Positions 1-11,670 of a DNA stretch of 64,000 nt are shown piece after piece. The DNA is taken from the NCBI GenBank assembly GCA_017411385.1, contig JAFQQF010000026.1:68299-132298 (forward strand), read 5' to 3'. This DNA is from Ruminococcus sp. GTDB lineage: Bacteria; Bacillota; Clostridia; Oscillospirales; Acutalibacteraceae. How positions within the stretch are numbered: the stretch's first letter is position 1; each line of letters starts with the position of its first letter. A program made the position numbers and the translations under genes. The notes under the pieces are model-generated. The model did no database searches, was not told the DNA's origin, and was given only the letters and a program-made list of their open reading frames with translations.

Positions 1-114
1 TGCTTCCGATATTGCTTGAAGTGTCTTTCTTCTGTTTGTAAGCTTTTCTGAAAACCAATGCCCCAATAAAGTTGTCGCAAAAATAAAAGCTATGGAACAA
101 ATTAGTTTATACAC
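1..114 (-). CDS. spoIIIAB: Stage III sporulation protein AB, N-terminal fragment (runs off window start)
   Basis: Hand translation from GTG at 114: MYKLICSIAFIFATTLLGHWFSEKLTNRRKTLQAISEA (hydrophobic N-terminus typical of SpoIIIAB); overlaps the spoIIIAA stop; canonical gene order. Confidence 0.8.
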   Translation of the reverse strand, partial: MYKLICSIAFIFATTLLGHWFSEKLTNRRKTLQAISEA

Positions 115-1057
115 AGCAAAGCTCCTGTATTGATATTGTATTACATATTTGTCCTGCATTTTCTCTTCCACTTAGAAAAACAACCTTATCAAAAGCGCCT
201 GTACTAATTATTTCACTAATATTTTTTCGTCTTCGCAGTTCATCCATATTACCTGCGTGCATTGAGGCTACAAATCTAACACCGCAGTTCACACCCTGCA
301 AAATAGCATTTGCATCATCCTTACTTCCGATTTCATCACAGATAATAAACTCAGGAGATAACGAGCGAATTGCCTGCTCAATACCTTGAGTGCGTGGATA
401 CAAATCAAGCACATCAGATAAACCTATATCGTTTTGAGGAACACCATTGTAAACAGAAGCAAGCTCTCCCCTTGTATCAATTAATGCAACTCTACCGCCA
501 TATTCTGTTGACAAAAGTCTTGCCATATCCCTGAGCATTGTGGTTTTACCGCTTGCAGGACTTCCGCACAGAAGCAATCCACCTGCAGATTTTAGAGCAT
601 CATTTGCGATTGATTCAGCGCATCTTTTTATTTGACGGGAAAGTCTTATGGAAACGGTGGAAACATTCCGTATATTCTGTATATCGCCTCCACAAACAAC
701 AGCGGTTCCCGAAATACCTACACGATGACCTCCGTTTATGGTTATAAATCCCTCTTTTATCTCATTCAGATGGCTGTATACTGAATAACCACAGGCAATA
801 TTAAAACACTCCAGTACGTCGGAAACGCTTGCTATTTGAAGTTCCTGCGAGTTCAAGCAATCAGTGAGGCAACCTGTCCTTGTAAGGTACATCTGATTTC
901 TTCCAAGATATACACACACAGGTTTTTCCGCACGTAAAACAATATCCTGCACAGAGTTCCAAACAACTGACAAAGCCGTTTTAAGTTTTTCTCTTAATTT
1001 TATAGGTATTACTCTCAGCACTGTTTGAATCATTACATTATTTTCATGTTCATTCAT
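107..1057 (-). CDS. spoIIIAA: Stage III sporulation protein AA (AAA ATPase)
   Basis: GFITINGGHRVGISG, Walker A GSPASGKTT, DTRGELAS, IICDEIG motifs; start adjusted to the ATG best spaced from the AAAGGA RBS. Confidence 0.93.
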   Translation of the reverse strand: MNEHENNVMIQTVLRVIPIKLREKLKTALSVVWNSVQDIVLRAEKPVCVYLGRNQMYLTRTGCLTDCLNSQELQIASVSDVLECFNIACGYSVYSHLNEIKEGFITINGGHRVGISGTAVVCGGDIQNIRNVSTVSIRLSRQIKRCAESIANDALKSAGGLLLCGSPASGKTTMLRDMARLLSTEYGGRVALIDTRGELASVYNGVPQNDIGLSDVLDLYPRTQGIEQAIRSLSPEFIICDEIGSKDDANAILQGVNCGVRFVASMHAGNMDELRRRKNISEIISTGAFDKVVFLSGRENAGQICNTISIQELCCV

Positions 1058-1077
1058 TTCAATCATCCTTTCATTAA

Positions 1078-1107
1078 CCTATATGAAGGCAAGTATCAAG
1101 TTATGAC
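1078..1107 (-). promoter_or_regulatory. Putative sigma-E promoter for spoIIIA
   Basis: Minus strand GTCATAA-cttgatacttgcctt-CATATAGG; ATA-N16-CATA spacing matches the sigma-E consensus; spoIIIA is an established sigma-E operon. Confidence 0.7.
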
Positions 1108-1123
1108 AGGCTGTCCAGAAATG

Positions 1124-1155
1124 AAAAAAGCCTGAAGCTATAAAGCTTCAGGCTT
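1124..1155 (-). terminator. Intrinsic terminator after the ligA-DUF6440 operon
   Basis: AAGCCTGAAGCT-ataa-AGCTTCAGGCTT perfect 12-bp stem followed by a T-tract on the minus strand. Confidence 0.8.
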
Positions 1156-1166
1156 AAACATAGTTG

Positions 1167-1343
1167 TTAATCCTTTGGAATTGGAGTTACCACAGGCTTG
1201 CCGTAGCTATCAAGCAAAACAGTAAGACCGCCGCTGTAACCAGAAGAATGATAAAGATAATTTACACCCGTTTCTTTATCAACCCAGATTTCTGTTGAAC
1301 CCATATCCTGCTTGTATACTCTTTCAAATCTTTTATCGCTCAT
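1167..1343 (-). CDS. Small DUF6440-like protein
   Basis: IWVDKETGVNYLYHSSGYSGGLTVLLDSYGKP pattern; GAGGTG RBS before ATG at 1343. Confidence 0.7.
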   Translation of the reverse strand: MSDKRFERVYKQDMGSTEIWVDKETGVNYLYHSSGYSGGLTVLLDSYGKPVVTPIPKD

Positions 1344-1353
1344 ATAAGTCACC

Positions 1354-3354
<2,001 letters not shown>

Positions 3355-3368
3355 TTAACCTCGCAATA

Positions 3369-3944
3369 TTACTTGTTTACGGCAGATGTGCCCTTCTCAC
3401 GCAGATATGTTGACTCCAAATCAGCAAGATGAAGCTTAACTGCAAGAGGATATTTTTCGTATGCCTGACTGAGGGTAAAGCCCTGACTGTCATCAAAGCT
3501 TCCCATATGCCAGCGGATAGCCATAGCCTCATCAAGGTGCAGTCGCATAAAACGCTCAATTAAGAAAACTGATTTTTCACCGTGTCCAAAGGGGAATTTA
3601 TCTTCGATTGAATAGAAGGGCTGTTTTTCCCACTGACCTGTAAGTTCGTTCTTAACATTTCGTGTTGATATTTTATAAAATTCTGCTTTACACACATCAT
3701 GCAAAAGTGCACAAATCGCAAAGCTTTCAACAGAGTCAACCCCCTCTTCAAAGTGCTTCTCCATCATTGTGTTGAAAACACTGACAGAATGCATAACCAA
3801 TCCGTTTTCACAAGCACAATGATATTTAGTACTTGCAGGTGCTGTAAAAAAATCTGTGTTCTGAAGCCACGAAAGTAGCTCTTTGGCACCGGGGCGCTGA
3901 ACATTTTCTGTAAAAATCTGAATAAACTCATCTCTTGCGGTCAT
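3369..3944 (-). CDS. HD-domain phosphohydrolase
   Basis: APASTKYH, GLVMHS, LLHDVCKA, GHGEKS, AIRWHMG, LHLAD motifs. Confidence 0.8.
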   Translation of the reverse strand: MTARDEFIQIFTENVQRPGAKELLSWLQNTDFFTAPASTKYHCACENGLVMHSVSVFNTMMEKHFEEGVDSVESFAICALLHDVCKAEFYKISTRNVKNELTGQWEKQPFYSIEDKFPFGHGEKSVFLIERFMRLHLDEAMAIRWHMGSFDDSQGFTLSQAYEKYPLAVKLHLADLESTYLREKGTSAVNK

Positions 3945-3954
3945 ATTTTACACC

Positions 3955-4521
3955 TCACAGAAGATTCTGATTATATATAGCGCGCTCACCGCCGATAAAT
4001 TTCGGTCGGGTGCGTGCGCAAATTACAATTGCCTCGCCGATTGTACGTGTCTGAGTTTTGACAGGCACAGCGGTTGCACGCAGGTGCATACCTATAAGGG
4101 TACCGCCTACATCCATTCCTGCATCCGCTTTTATATTTTCTACCATTACAGGGTCCTTAAATAATGAATATGCCAAGGTTGCACTTGCACCGCCTGCATG
4201 GGCGTGAGGCACAACATTAACAATATCGAGTCCTTGTCTTAGTGCTACAGTACGCTCAACCACAAGTGCTCGGTTAAGATGCTCACAGCATTGTGCCGCC
4301 AAATACACACCTCTACCCTCAAGCTCGGGGAGCAATACATCGTACAAAGCCTTTGCAGCTTCTGCACTGGAAGCAGTACCTATGTGGTTTCCGCAAATTT
4401 CGCTTGATGAGCAACCAAGCACGAACACATCGCCTTCTTTAAGCTGAGCTTTAGAAAGAAGCTCAGTAATTACAGCTTTTGCATCTGATTTAATTTTATC
4501 AACAAATGTATTTTCTAACAT
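3955..4521 (-). CDS. TIGR01440/UPF0340 (YwlG-like) protein
   Basis: GCSSSEI, AQCCEHLNRALVVE, HAGGA, IGMHL, RTRPKFIGGERA motifs. Confidence 0.88.
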   Translation of the reverse strand: MLENTFVDKIKSDAKAVITELLSKAQLKEGDVFVLGCSSSEICGNHIGTASSAEAAKALYDVLLPELEGRGVYLAAQCCEHLNRALVVERTVALRQGLDIVNVVPHAHAGGASATLAYSLFKDPVMVENIKADAGMDVGGTLIGMHLRATAVPVKTQTRTIGEAIVICARTRPKFIGGERAIYNQNLL

Positions 4522-4583
4522 AAAAAATCACCTAACAAAACAGGCATCCCCTAAAATAGAGGATGCCCGTAAATCAGCAATAA

Positions 4584-6596
4584 TTATTCCTCAGAAGCTT
4601 CCTCTGCCTCTGCAACTTCTTCTGCAACAACCTCTTCAGCAGCAACCTCTTCTACCTTTGCTTCGGGGAGAAGTGCTCTTACAGAAAGGCTTACGCGCTT
4701 CTTGTCGAAGTCGATACCAACAATCTTTGCTTCAAGCTCATCGCCAACAGCAACTACATCCTGAGGCTTCTCAACACGCTGGTTGGAAAGCTGAGAAATG
4801 TGGATAAGACCGTCGATGCCGGGGATGATTGTAGCAAATGCACCGAATGTTGTGATGCCTGCAACCTTAACATTGCATACTGTGCCTTCGGGATAATCAC
4901 GACGGAGAATCTCCCAAGGATTGTCCTCTGCCTTCTTGAAGCCGAGAGAAATCTTGCTTGTTTCTGTGTTGAAATCCTTAACGAATACTTCTACAGTATC
5001 GCCAACGTTAACAACCTCAGAAGGATGCTTGATTCTGGACCAGCTGAGCTCGGAGATGTGAATCATACCGAATACGCCGCCAAGATCAACGAATGCACCG
5101 TATGTTGTAAGGGACTTAACAGTACCTACATAAGTCTTGCCAACCTCAATGCCCTCCCAGAAAGCAGCCTTGAACTCGCTGCGCTGGTCTTTGAGAACAC
5201 TCTTGATGGAACCAACAATCTTCTTGCGTCTGCCACGCTGGGAAACCTCAAGAAGTCTGAACTCAACCTCTGTGTGGAGAAGAGGAGTAAGGTCGTCCAT
5301 ACGAACGATAGAAGCCTGAGAAGCAGGAACGAATACGCGATTGTTACGTGCAAATACGATAACACCGCCGTTAACTACCTCAATAACCTCACCTGTGAGA
5401 ACTGCATTCTCTTCAGCAAGCTTTACGAGCTCGTCCCAATCCTTCTTAGCATCTACTCTACGCTTAGAAAGCATAATTGTGCCTTCAACATCGTTAGTCT
5501 TCATAATGAGAAGCTCAATCTCATCGCCAACCTTAACGAAGTCGTTAGGGTCATTAACAGGGCCGAAGGAAAGCTCAACAGCAGGAATAAAGCCAGCCTG
5601 CTTTCTGCCAACATCAACATAAACCTCTGTGGGAGTTATGCTGATAACAGTACCCATTACCCTCTCGTTTGTATTTAAGCCTTTGAGGTTCTCTTCCAAA
5701 AGAGCCTCAAAATCTTCAGTTTCGTTTGTTACACCGGACTTGGTCATTTCTTCCATTTTATCCAGTACCTCCTTTATAATCCTTGCAGGAGTGGAAGCTC
5801 CCGCAGTTACACACGCCGAACAAACATTGCTTAATCTTTCCGGTAAAAGCTCCGAAGCTGTTTCAATCCAAAGGGTGTCAGCGCATACCTTACTGCATAG
5901 CTCATAGAGCTTTGCGGTATTGGAGCTTTTTCTGTCACCGATGACTATCATAAGCTCAGCGCTTTTCGCCAGATTTTCGGCTTCCGCCTGACGACTATGC
6001 GTAGCACTACATATTGTATCAAATATTTCCGGATTTGTACAGACCTTTTTTATGGTTTTATAACATTTTTTCCATTCTTTTTCGCTGAAAGTGGTTTGAG
6101 CAACAAAAACAGCCGAGTTATAATTCTCGGGTGGAATATTCGCAAACAAATCTAAAAGTTCTGCTTCGTTTTTATAGGTGAAACACGGAAGCTTTGAGTG
6201 TCCTATTATTCCTTGTACCTCGGGATGAGCACTATCACCAGCAATAAAAACAGACTTGTTTTTATCTTCATCTGCAGAAAAAACTATAGAATGAATTTTA
6301 GAAACAAAGGGACAGGTTGCATCACAGCAATAAATTCCGAGGGTTTCAATTTCATCCATTACTCCACGGGAAACTCCGTGTGAACGGACAACAAGAGTTG
6401 CGCCATTTGGTGTATCTGCAGGAGAAGCAACTGTAACAACTCCCCTGCTTTTGAGTTCATTTACCATTTCTGTGTTATGAATGATAGGTCCTAAGGTTGC
6501 AACCTTTTTACCTTCATCCAAAAGTGAATACACCATTTTGACAGCACGGTTTACACCAAAACAAAAGCCTGCGGTTTTAGCGAGCTTTATTTCCAT
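4584..6596 (-). CDS. ispH: Bifunctional 4-hydroxy-3-methylbut-2-enyl diphosphate reductase / ribosomal protein S1 fusion
   Basis: AGFCFGV, DATCPFV, DTICSAT, SSNT IspH motifs followed by four S1 repeats (YGAFVDLGG..GMIHISELSW). Confidence 0.95.
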   Translation of the reverse strand: MEIKLAKTAGFCFGVNRAVKMVYSLLDEGKKVATLGPIIHNTEMVNELKSRGVVTVASPADTPNGATLVVRSHGVSRGVMDEIETLGIYCCDATCPFVSKIHSIVFSADEDKNKSVFIAGDSAHPEVQGIIGHSKLPCFTYKNEAELLDLFANIPPENYNSAVFVAQTTFSEKEWKKCYKTIKKVCTNPEIFDTICSATHSRQAEAENLAKSAELMIVIGDRKSSNTAKLYELCSKVCADTLWIETASELLPERLSNVCSACVTAGASTPARIIKEVLDKMEEMTKSGVTNETEDFEALLEENLKGLNTNERVMGTVISITPTEVYVDVGRKQAGFIPAVELSFGPVNDPNDFVKVGDEIELLIMKTNDVEGTIMLSKRRVDAKKDWDELVKLAEENAVLTGEVIEVVNGGVIVFARNNRVFVPASQASIVRMDDLTPLLHTEVEFRLLEVSQRGRRKKIVGSIKSVLKDQRSEFKAAFWEGIEVGKTYVGTVKSLTTYGAFVDLGGVFGMIHISELSWSRIKHPSEVVNVGDTVEVFVKDFNTETSKISLGFKKAEDNPWEILRRDYPEGTVCNVKVAGITTFGAFATIIPGIDGLIHISQLSNQRVEKPQDVVAVGDELEAKIVGIDFDKKRVSLSVRALLPEAKVEEVAAEEVVAEEVAEAEEASEE

Positions 6597-7215
6597 ATTT
6601 ATCCCTCTCCCACATTACGGAAATCTTCTCCATAAGACGACGGGAAGCTTCGCGATATTCACGAGGACCTCCATTTTCAATTCCAAGCTCCTGCACGGTT
6701 ACAGGCTCGCCAAAGGATATGTATCTGCGTGAAAAGAAATACTTTTTCTTTGTTCTATAGGTAATTGAAACAGGAACGATTTTGCAATCCATCTGGTGTG
6801 CTATCATAACTGCACCGCTCTTGGGACGCAATAACTCACCTGTTTTTGAACGGGTGCCCTCAATAAAGATACCAAGACATTCTCCGTCATCAATAATGCT
6901 TTTTGCATAATTGACTGAATCCCAGTCACCCTTACCTCGATTCACAGGAAAAGCACCTAATTTAGTAAGTAACCAACGTAAAAAGCCTTTTTCAAAAAGT
7001 TCAGCTTTAGCCATAAAGCGGATACGTCTTTTCTGACCGATACCTACAAGTATGGGATCCGGTGCTGAGATATGGTTTCCTGCAAAAATATATCTACCCT
7101 CTTTGGGGATTTTATTTGCATTTGTGTATTTGAAGCGATATACAGGCCACAAAACAACTGCCACAATCCACTTCATAACAGTATAAAAGCTTTTACTGTA
7201 CTTTACTTCTTTCAC
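6577..7215 (-). CDS. plsC: 1-acyl-sn-glycerol-3-phosphate acyltransferase
   Basis: NHISAPD (NHxxxxD), FMAKAELF, FIEGTRS motifs; cmk-plsC-ispH gene order. Confidence 0.9.
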   Translation of the reverse strand: MKEVKYSKSFYTVMKWIVAVVLWPVYRFKYTNANKIPKEGRYIFAGNHISAPDPILVGIGQKRRIRFMAKAELFEKGFLRWLLTKLGAFPVNRGKGDWDSVNYAKSIIDDGECLGIFIEGTRSKTGELLRPKSGAVMIAHQMDCKIVPVSITYRTKKKYFFSRRYISFGEPVTVQELGIENGGPREYREASRRLMEKISVMWERDKYGNKAR

Positions 7216-7883
7216 TTGCTGTTCTCCTCAATCGTTCTGATAAGTAGGTCTATAGACTCTTCCAGATTAAGTTCTGATGTATCTACAAGGATGCTATCCT
7301 GTGCAGGCTTTAAGGGTGCAATAGGTCTGTTCATATCGTTGTTGTCACGCTCGATAACATCAGCAAGCACATCCTCGTATACTGCCTCTTCCCCTTTTGC
7401 TACAAGCTCGTCGTATCTCCTACGTGCACGGATTTCGGCAGAAGCGGTAAGAAAAATTTTAACCTTTGCATCGGGCAGAACAACAGTGCCTATATCTCTG
7501 CCGTCCATAATAACATTCTGTGCACTTGCTAAGTCACGCTGAAGATTAAGCAGGAAAGCACGCACCTCAGGAATTGCAGACACACGGGAAGCAGCCATGG
7601 AAACCTGCTCTGTGCGAATCAAAGATGATACATCCTCACCATTTAGAAGTACAAGCTGAGCCTTGTTCTCATCTCTTGCAAGGGTAACCTCGATTTCTGA
7701 AAGAAGGCTCTTAACACCCTCGACATCTGTGGCATCAACACCCTTGCGGATTGTGTAAAGACCGATTGCACGGTACATAGCGCCTGTATCAACATAAATA
7801 AAGCCAAGGTGCTTTGCGGCAGCCTTTGCAATGGTGGATTTACCTGCGCCGGCAGGTCCGTCAATAGCAATAGCAATAGACAT
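7212..7883 (-). CDS. cmk: Cytidylate kinase
   Basis: IAIDGPAGAGKST, DTGAMYRA, MDGRDIGTVVLPDA, RDNNDMNR motifs. Confidence 0.97.
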   Translation of the reverse strand: MSIAIAIDGPAGAGKSTIAKAAAKHLGFIYVDTGAMYRAIGLYTIRKGVDATDVEGVKSLLSEIEVTLARDENKAQLVLLNGEDVSSLIRTEQVSMAASRVSAIPEVRAFLLNLQRDLASAQNVIMDGRDIGTVVLPDAKVKIFLTASAEIRARRRYDELVAKGEEAVYEDVLADVIERDNNDMNRPIAPLKPAQDSILVDTSELNLEESIDLLIRTIEENSK

Positions 7884-7907
7884 AAACATTACTCCTGTCA
7901 AATTAAT

Positions 7908-9152
7908 TTAAGAATTATATACAGCCCAAGTACCTGCAAGCTTACCTGTAGAAAATGCAATCTGCAGATTAAAACCGCCTGTATAAGCATCAACATCAAT
8001 AACCTCACCACAGAAGTACAAACCCTTGCAAAGCTTACTTTCCATTGTAGTAGGATCTATCTCTGATGTTTTGACGCCTCCGCGGGTAATTATGGCTTCA
8101 TCAATTGGGCGTAGGTCTGATATATCGAATTTAAGCGCTTTAAGAAGGCTTACCAAAATATGCCTTTGCTCTTTCGTAATGCTGTTGCAACGAGTAGTGG
8201 GAGCAATTCCTGATCGCCTGATAACAACAGGAATCAAAGAGCTTGGCAACAAATCAGAAAGAGAGTTTGAAAGCTCTCTGTTTTTATATTTATCAAAATC
8301 ACGAAGTATTCGTGCGTCCAGCTTATCAAAATCAAGTGCAGGCTTTAAATCAACCAATATACTGTAGTCGCCTTTTTTTACATCTCTGATATGTGCACTT
8401 GAGCTGAGAATTGTAGGGCCAGAAAGCCCGAAATGAGTAAAAAGGAGTTCTCCGAAATCAGAATATACCTCCTTTTTGTTTTTCACAAGCTTTACTCCAG
8501 TATTACGAAGAGAAAGTCCCTGCATTTCCTTGCAATCGCGTAAATCATCGCCACTTGTGCAAAGAGGAATCAATGATGCCTCGGGCTTTATGATTGTGTG
8601 ACCTGCCTGCTGTGCAAGCTTGTAGCCGTCACCGGTTGAACCTGTGAGCGGATATGAGCATCCGCCTGTAGCTATAATCACCGCATCGCAAGGATACTCC
8701 CTGCCTGTACTATCTACAACTGACTTGACAGCACCATCAGAAATAATCAATTTTTTTGCAGTAGTTGCAGAAACAACTTTTACGTTTCCTTTATGAACGT
8801 ATCGCTCCAAAGCTGACACCACATCGGTAGCTTTATCAGACACAGGGAAAACACGGTTGCCGCGTTCTGTCTTTACAGCCAGTCCCATATTTTCAAAAAA
8901 ATCTATAGTATCTGAACAATCAAAATTGCTTATGGCACTATACATAAAGCGAGGATTTGAATTCACATTTTCGATGAAAACATTCTGGGTGCAGTTGTTT
9001 GTAATATTGCATCGGCCCTTGCCGGTAATGCAAAGCTTTCTGCCTACACGTTTGTTTTTTTCGAGAACGGTAACTGACGCGCAAAGCTCAGCCGCTGTTC
9101 CTGCGGCAATAAGCCCTGCGGCACCGCCGCCTATAACAACAATATCTGCCAT
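7908..9152 (-). CDS. HI0933/BaiN-family NAD(P)/FAD-dependent oxidoreductase
   Basis: GGGAAG, GRKLCITGKGRCNITN, GRVFP, LFTHFGLSGP, GEVIDVDAYTGGFNLQIAFSTG; start moved to ATG 9152, just after the rpiR stop. Confidence 0.92.
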   Translation of the reverse strand: MADIVVIGGGAAGLIAAGTAAELCASVTVLEKNKRVGRKLCITGKGRCNITNNCTQNVFIENVNSNPRFMYSAISNFDCSDTIDFFENMGLAVKTERGNRVFPVSDKATDVVSALERYVHKGNVKVVSATTAKKLIISDGAVKSVVDSTGREYPCDAVIIATGGCSYPLTGSTGDGYKLAQQAGHTIIKPEASLIPLCTSGDDLRDCKEMQGLSLRNTGVKLVKNKKEVYSDFGELLFTHFGLSGPTILSSSAHIRDVKKGDYSILVDLKPALDFDKLDARILRDFDKYKNRELSNSLSDLLPSSLIPVVIRRSGIAPTTRCNSITKEQRHILVSLLKALKFDISDLRPIDEAIITRGGVKTSEIDPTTMESKLCKGLYFCGEVIDVDAYTGGFNLQIAFSTGKLAGTWAVYNS

Positions 9153-9153
9153 A

Positions 9154-10026
9154 TCATTTATTACTGTTGTGAGTGCTTGTATATACACCTTGCTCGTTCC
9201 ATACAGTTTCCAAGGTTGCAAAAGTTTCCTTTACTTCCTCTTTATTCTTAATAACTGTAGCAACAATCAATGCGTTGATAAGCGACAAAGGAGCAACCAA
9301 AGAGTCAACAACAGATGCCATATCACTTCGTGCGATAAGTACAGAGTCTGCACTTTCAGCAAGAGGCGACATCATACTATCGGTGATTGCAATAGTTGAT
9401 GCACCGCGGGAAGATGCAAAATCCATAGCGCTTGCTGCAGTTTTGGAATATCTTGGGAAGCTGATACCAATAATAGCATCCTTTTCAGATATTCTGAGCA
9501 AAGCCTCATACATACCTGAACGGCTTGCTGTAGTTACAATATGAACATTGCCTAAAATTAGGTCAAAGTAATAACCCAAGAAGCCTGCAAGGGAGCTTGC
9601 CGAGCGAGTACCGAAAATATAAATATTCTCAGCTGATGTAATAGCTTCTACAGCACGATCAAAATCCTCGTGAGAGGTTTCTTCCAATGTTCTGCGGATT
9701 TTCTGGATATCCTGATTGAGAACACATTCAAGAACATCACCGTCACCGATTTTAGCGGCAGTAACCTCAATACGCTGAACAGATGTAAGCTTGTCCTTTA
9801 TCATTTCCTGCATAGCTTTCTGGAGCTGAGGATAGCCCGCATAACCAAGCTCTGTAGCAAAACGAACAACTGTGCTCTCGCTGACACCTACAATCTCTCC
9901 CAATCTGGAGGCTGTAAGAAATGCCGCTTGGTCATAGTGCTGTTCAATGAATTCGGCGATAAGCTTATGTCCCTTTGAAAGAGAGGTCATTTTTGAATCT
10001 ATTCTGACTAAAAGATGAGTTTCCAT
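9154..10026 (-). CDS. MurR/RpiR-family transcriptional regulator (HTH + SIS)
   Basis: SESTVVRFATELGYAGY HTH; SIS domain ISFPRYS, ITDSMMSPL. Confidence 0.92.
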   Translation of the reverse strand: METHLLVRIDSKMTSLSKGHKLIAEFIEQHYDQAAFLTASRLGEIVGVSESTVVRFATELGYAGYPQLQKAMQEMIKDKLTSVQRIEVTAAKIGDGDVLECVLNQDIQKIRRTLEETSHEDFDRAVEAITSAENIYIFGTRSASSLAGFLGYYFDLILGNVHIVTTASRSGMYEALLRISEKDAIIGISFPRYSKTAASAMDFASSRGASTIAITDSMMSPLAESADSVLIARSDMASVVDSLVAPLSLINALIVATVIKNKEEVKETFATLETVWNEQGVYTSTHNSNK

Positions 10027-10225
10027 AGCTATACCTCACTTAAAAATCTAAAGAAGATTTTATCACATCTGCTTTTAAAATTCAATGATTTTTGCAGGAT
10101 TTTACAAAGGAATTTGCATTTTATCACAAAATAAGTTCTAATTGAATATATTTTCTTTCATTTTCAGAAATATTTGCAGTAAAAGAAAAGACATCGTGAA
10201 AAACACGATGCCTTGTACGTAAGAA

Positions 10226-10852
10226 TTAGTCATCTTCAATTTTTACGGGTATAAGCTTGTAAACCTCAGCGACTCTATCTCTCTGCCAAAGCATTGGAGT
10301 AACACGCATAGAAAAGCCATAGCCGTTATCACAAGCCCAATCGAATGGCTTTGCCTGAGGGATTCCGTAAATAGCAAGTAAAGTCATAATAATACCGCCG
10401 TGAGTAATAATTGCACAATCGGTATTGCCCGTCTTAATAAGTCCGTCAACAATATTTTGAAAAACAAGACAGATACGTCTTGTGAAATCATCATTTGACT
10501 CACCAAGAGGAGGAGTTGCACCCTCATCTCCTGCCAGCCATCTCTCAAAGAGAGGATCACCGCGGAGCTCATCGGCGGTTTTGCCTTCCCATTTTCCAAA
10601 GTTCATTTCGGTTAGCTCATCAATAACAATAGGCTTCACATGAGGATAAAGCACCTCGCAGGTCTGAGTGCAACGCTTAAGAGGTCCTGTAAATATCACA
10701 GGAGCATAAGGATATTTATGAGTAGAATCTAGGCTCTTAAGTGCTTTTATACCATCCTCAGAAAGTGCAGGGTCAGTTACACCGATATAAGCCCCCTTAT
10801 TAGTTTCTTCAATGGCTCCGTGTCTGATAAAATGAATATAATAAGATTTCAA
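10226..10852 (-). CDS. Histidine phosphatase family protein (CobC/PhoE-like)
   Basis: FIRHG motif, LTEMNFGKWEGK, ITHGG. Confidence 0.88.
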   Translation of the reverse strand: MKSYYIHFIRHGAIEETNKGAYIGVTDPALSEDGIKALKSLDSTHKYPYAPVIFTGPLKRCTQTCEVLYPHVKPIVIDELTEMNFGKWEGKTADELRGDPLFERWLAGDEGATPPLGESNDDFTRRICLVFQNIVDGLIKTGNTDCAIITHGGIIMTLLAIYGIPQAKPFDWACDNGYGFSMRVTPMLWQRDRVAEVYKLIPVKIEDD

Positions 10853-10925
10853 AATATATCCTCCATTTTACTTTACAATATGTAGATTATATATTATACT
10901 ATGAGTATAGAAAGGCGGTAGTGAT

Positions 10926-11624
10926 ATGAACAGGGATTTTCCGAGAATAATAACAATGCTGAGAAAGGAAAGAAAGCTCAGTCAGAAAGAAGTTGCACAG
11001 GAGCTGGGAGTTTCACAAGCATTGCTATCTCATTATGAAAAAGGAATTCGTGAGTGCAGTCTTGATTTTGTTATAAAAGTTGCAGAATACTACAGAGTTT
11101 CCTGTGATTTTTTGTTGGGACGTACTCCTGAAAGGTCAGGCGCAACACTGAGCTTTGATGATATACCGGATGCAGATGAGGCATTAAACGACATAGAAAA
11201 GAACTCAAGCCTTGTTCCCTATCTGAACAAAAAGATTCTAAGCAACACTCTAAACGTAATATTTGATATGTTAGCAAAGAATAAAAACAAACAGCTTACA
11301 GCAGATGTGTCTAATTACCTGATGCTTGCCGTATACAAGGTGTTTCGTTCTTTGTACTCTGTGAATCCTAAAAACGAGCAGACAATGTTCTCTGTAAAAA
11401 GAGCTTTATATCACGGCTATTGTGATTCTTATATGGCAAGGTTTTCAGCAAAATTTGAATATGCAACAAGCCTTGAAGCAGAAAACGAAAACGCAAAGTT
11501 ATTAAGAGAATCCCAGTACTCATCTGAATTATTATCGCAGGAATACTCAAAAGAGTCAAGTTCGTTATTTAATTTAATTCAGCATGCAGAAAGTAAAATA
11601 CGTACTAAGACAAGCAAATCATAA
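10926..11624 (+). CDS. XRE-family HTH transcriptional regulator with C-terminal extension
   Basis: LRKERKLSQKEVAQELGVSQALLSHYEKG..SCDFLLGRT. Confidence 0.88.
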   Translation: MNRDFPRIITMLRKERKLSQKEVAQELGVSQALLSHYEKGIRECSLDFVIKVAEYYRVSCDFLLGRTPERSGATLSFDDIPDADEALNDIEKNSSLVPYLNKKILSNTLNVIFDMLAKNKNKQLTADVSNYLMLAVYKVFRSLYSVNPKNEQTMFSVKRALYHGYCDSYMARFSAKFEYATSLEAENENAKLLRESQYSSELLSQEYSKESSSLFNLIQHAESKIRTKTSKS

Positions 11625-11633
11625 TATACAGAT

Positions 11634-11667
11634 AAGCACTTTTGAACTTACGCTCAAAAGTGCTTTT
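11634..11667. terminator. Terminator hairpin between convergent genes
   Basis: AAGCACTTTTGA-acttacgc-TCAAAAGTGCTT, 12-bp stem. Confidence 0.7.
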
Positions 11668-11670
11668 AGT

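Noticed and set aside
4800-5678. 292-aa plus-strand ORF (likewise 53227-53919, 36861-37487, 8857-9399, 28804-29274 and many shorter ones)
   Set aside because: Antisense shadows of conserved genes, with no RBS or recognisable motifs
4584-6596. IspH-S1 fusion as a novelty
   Set aside because: This is an established arrangement in Clostridia
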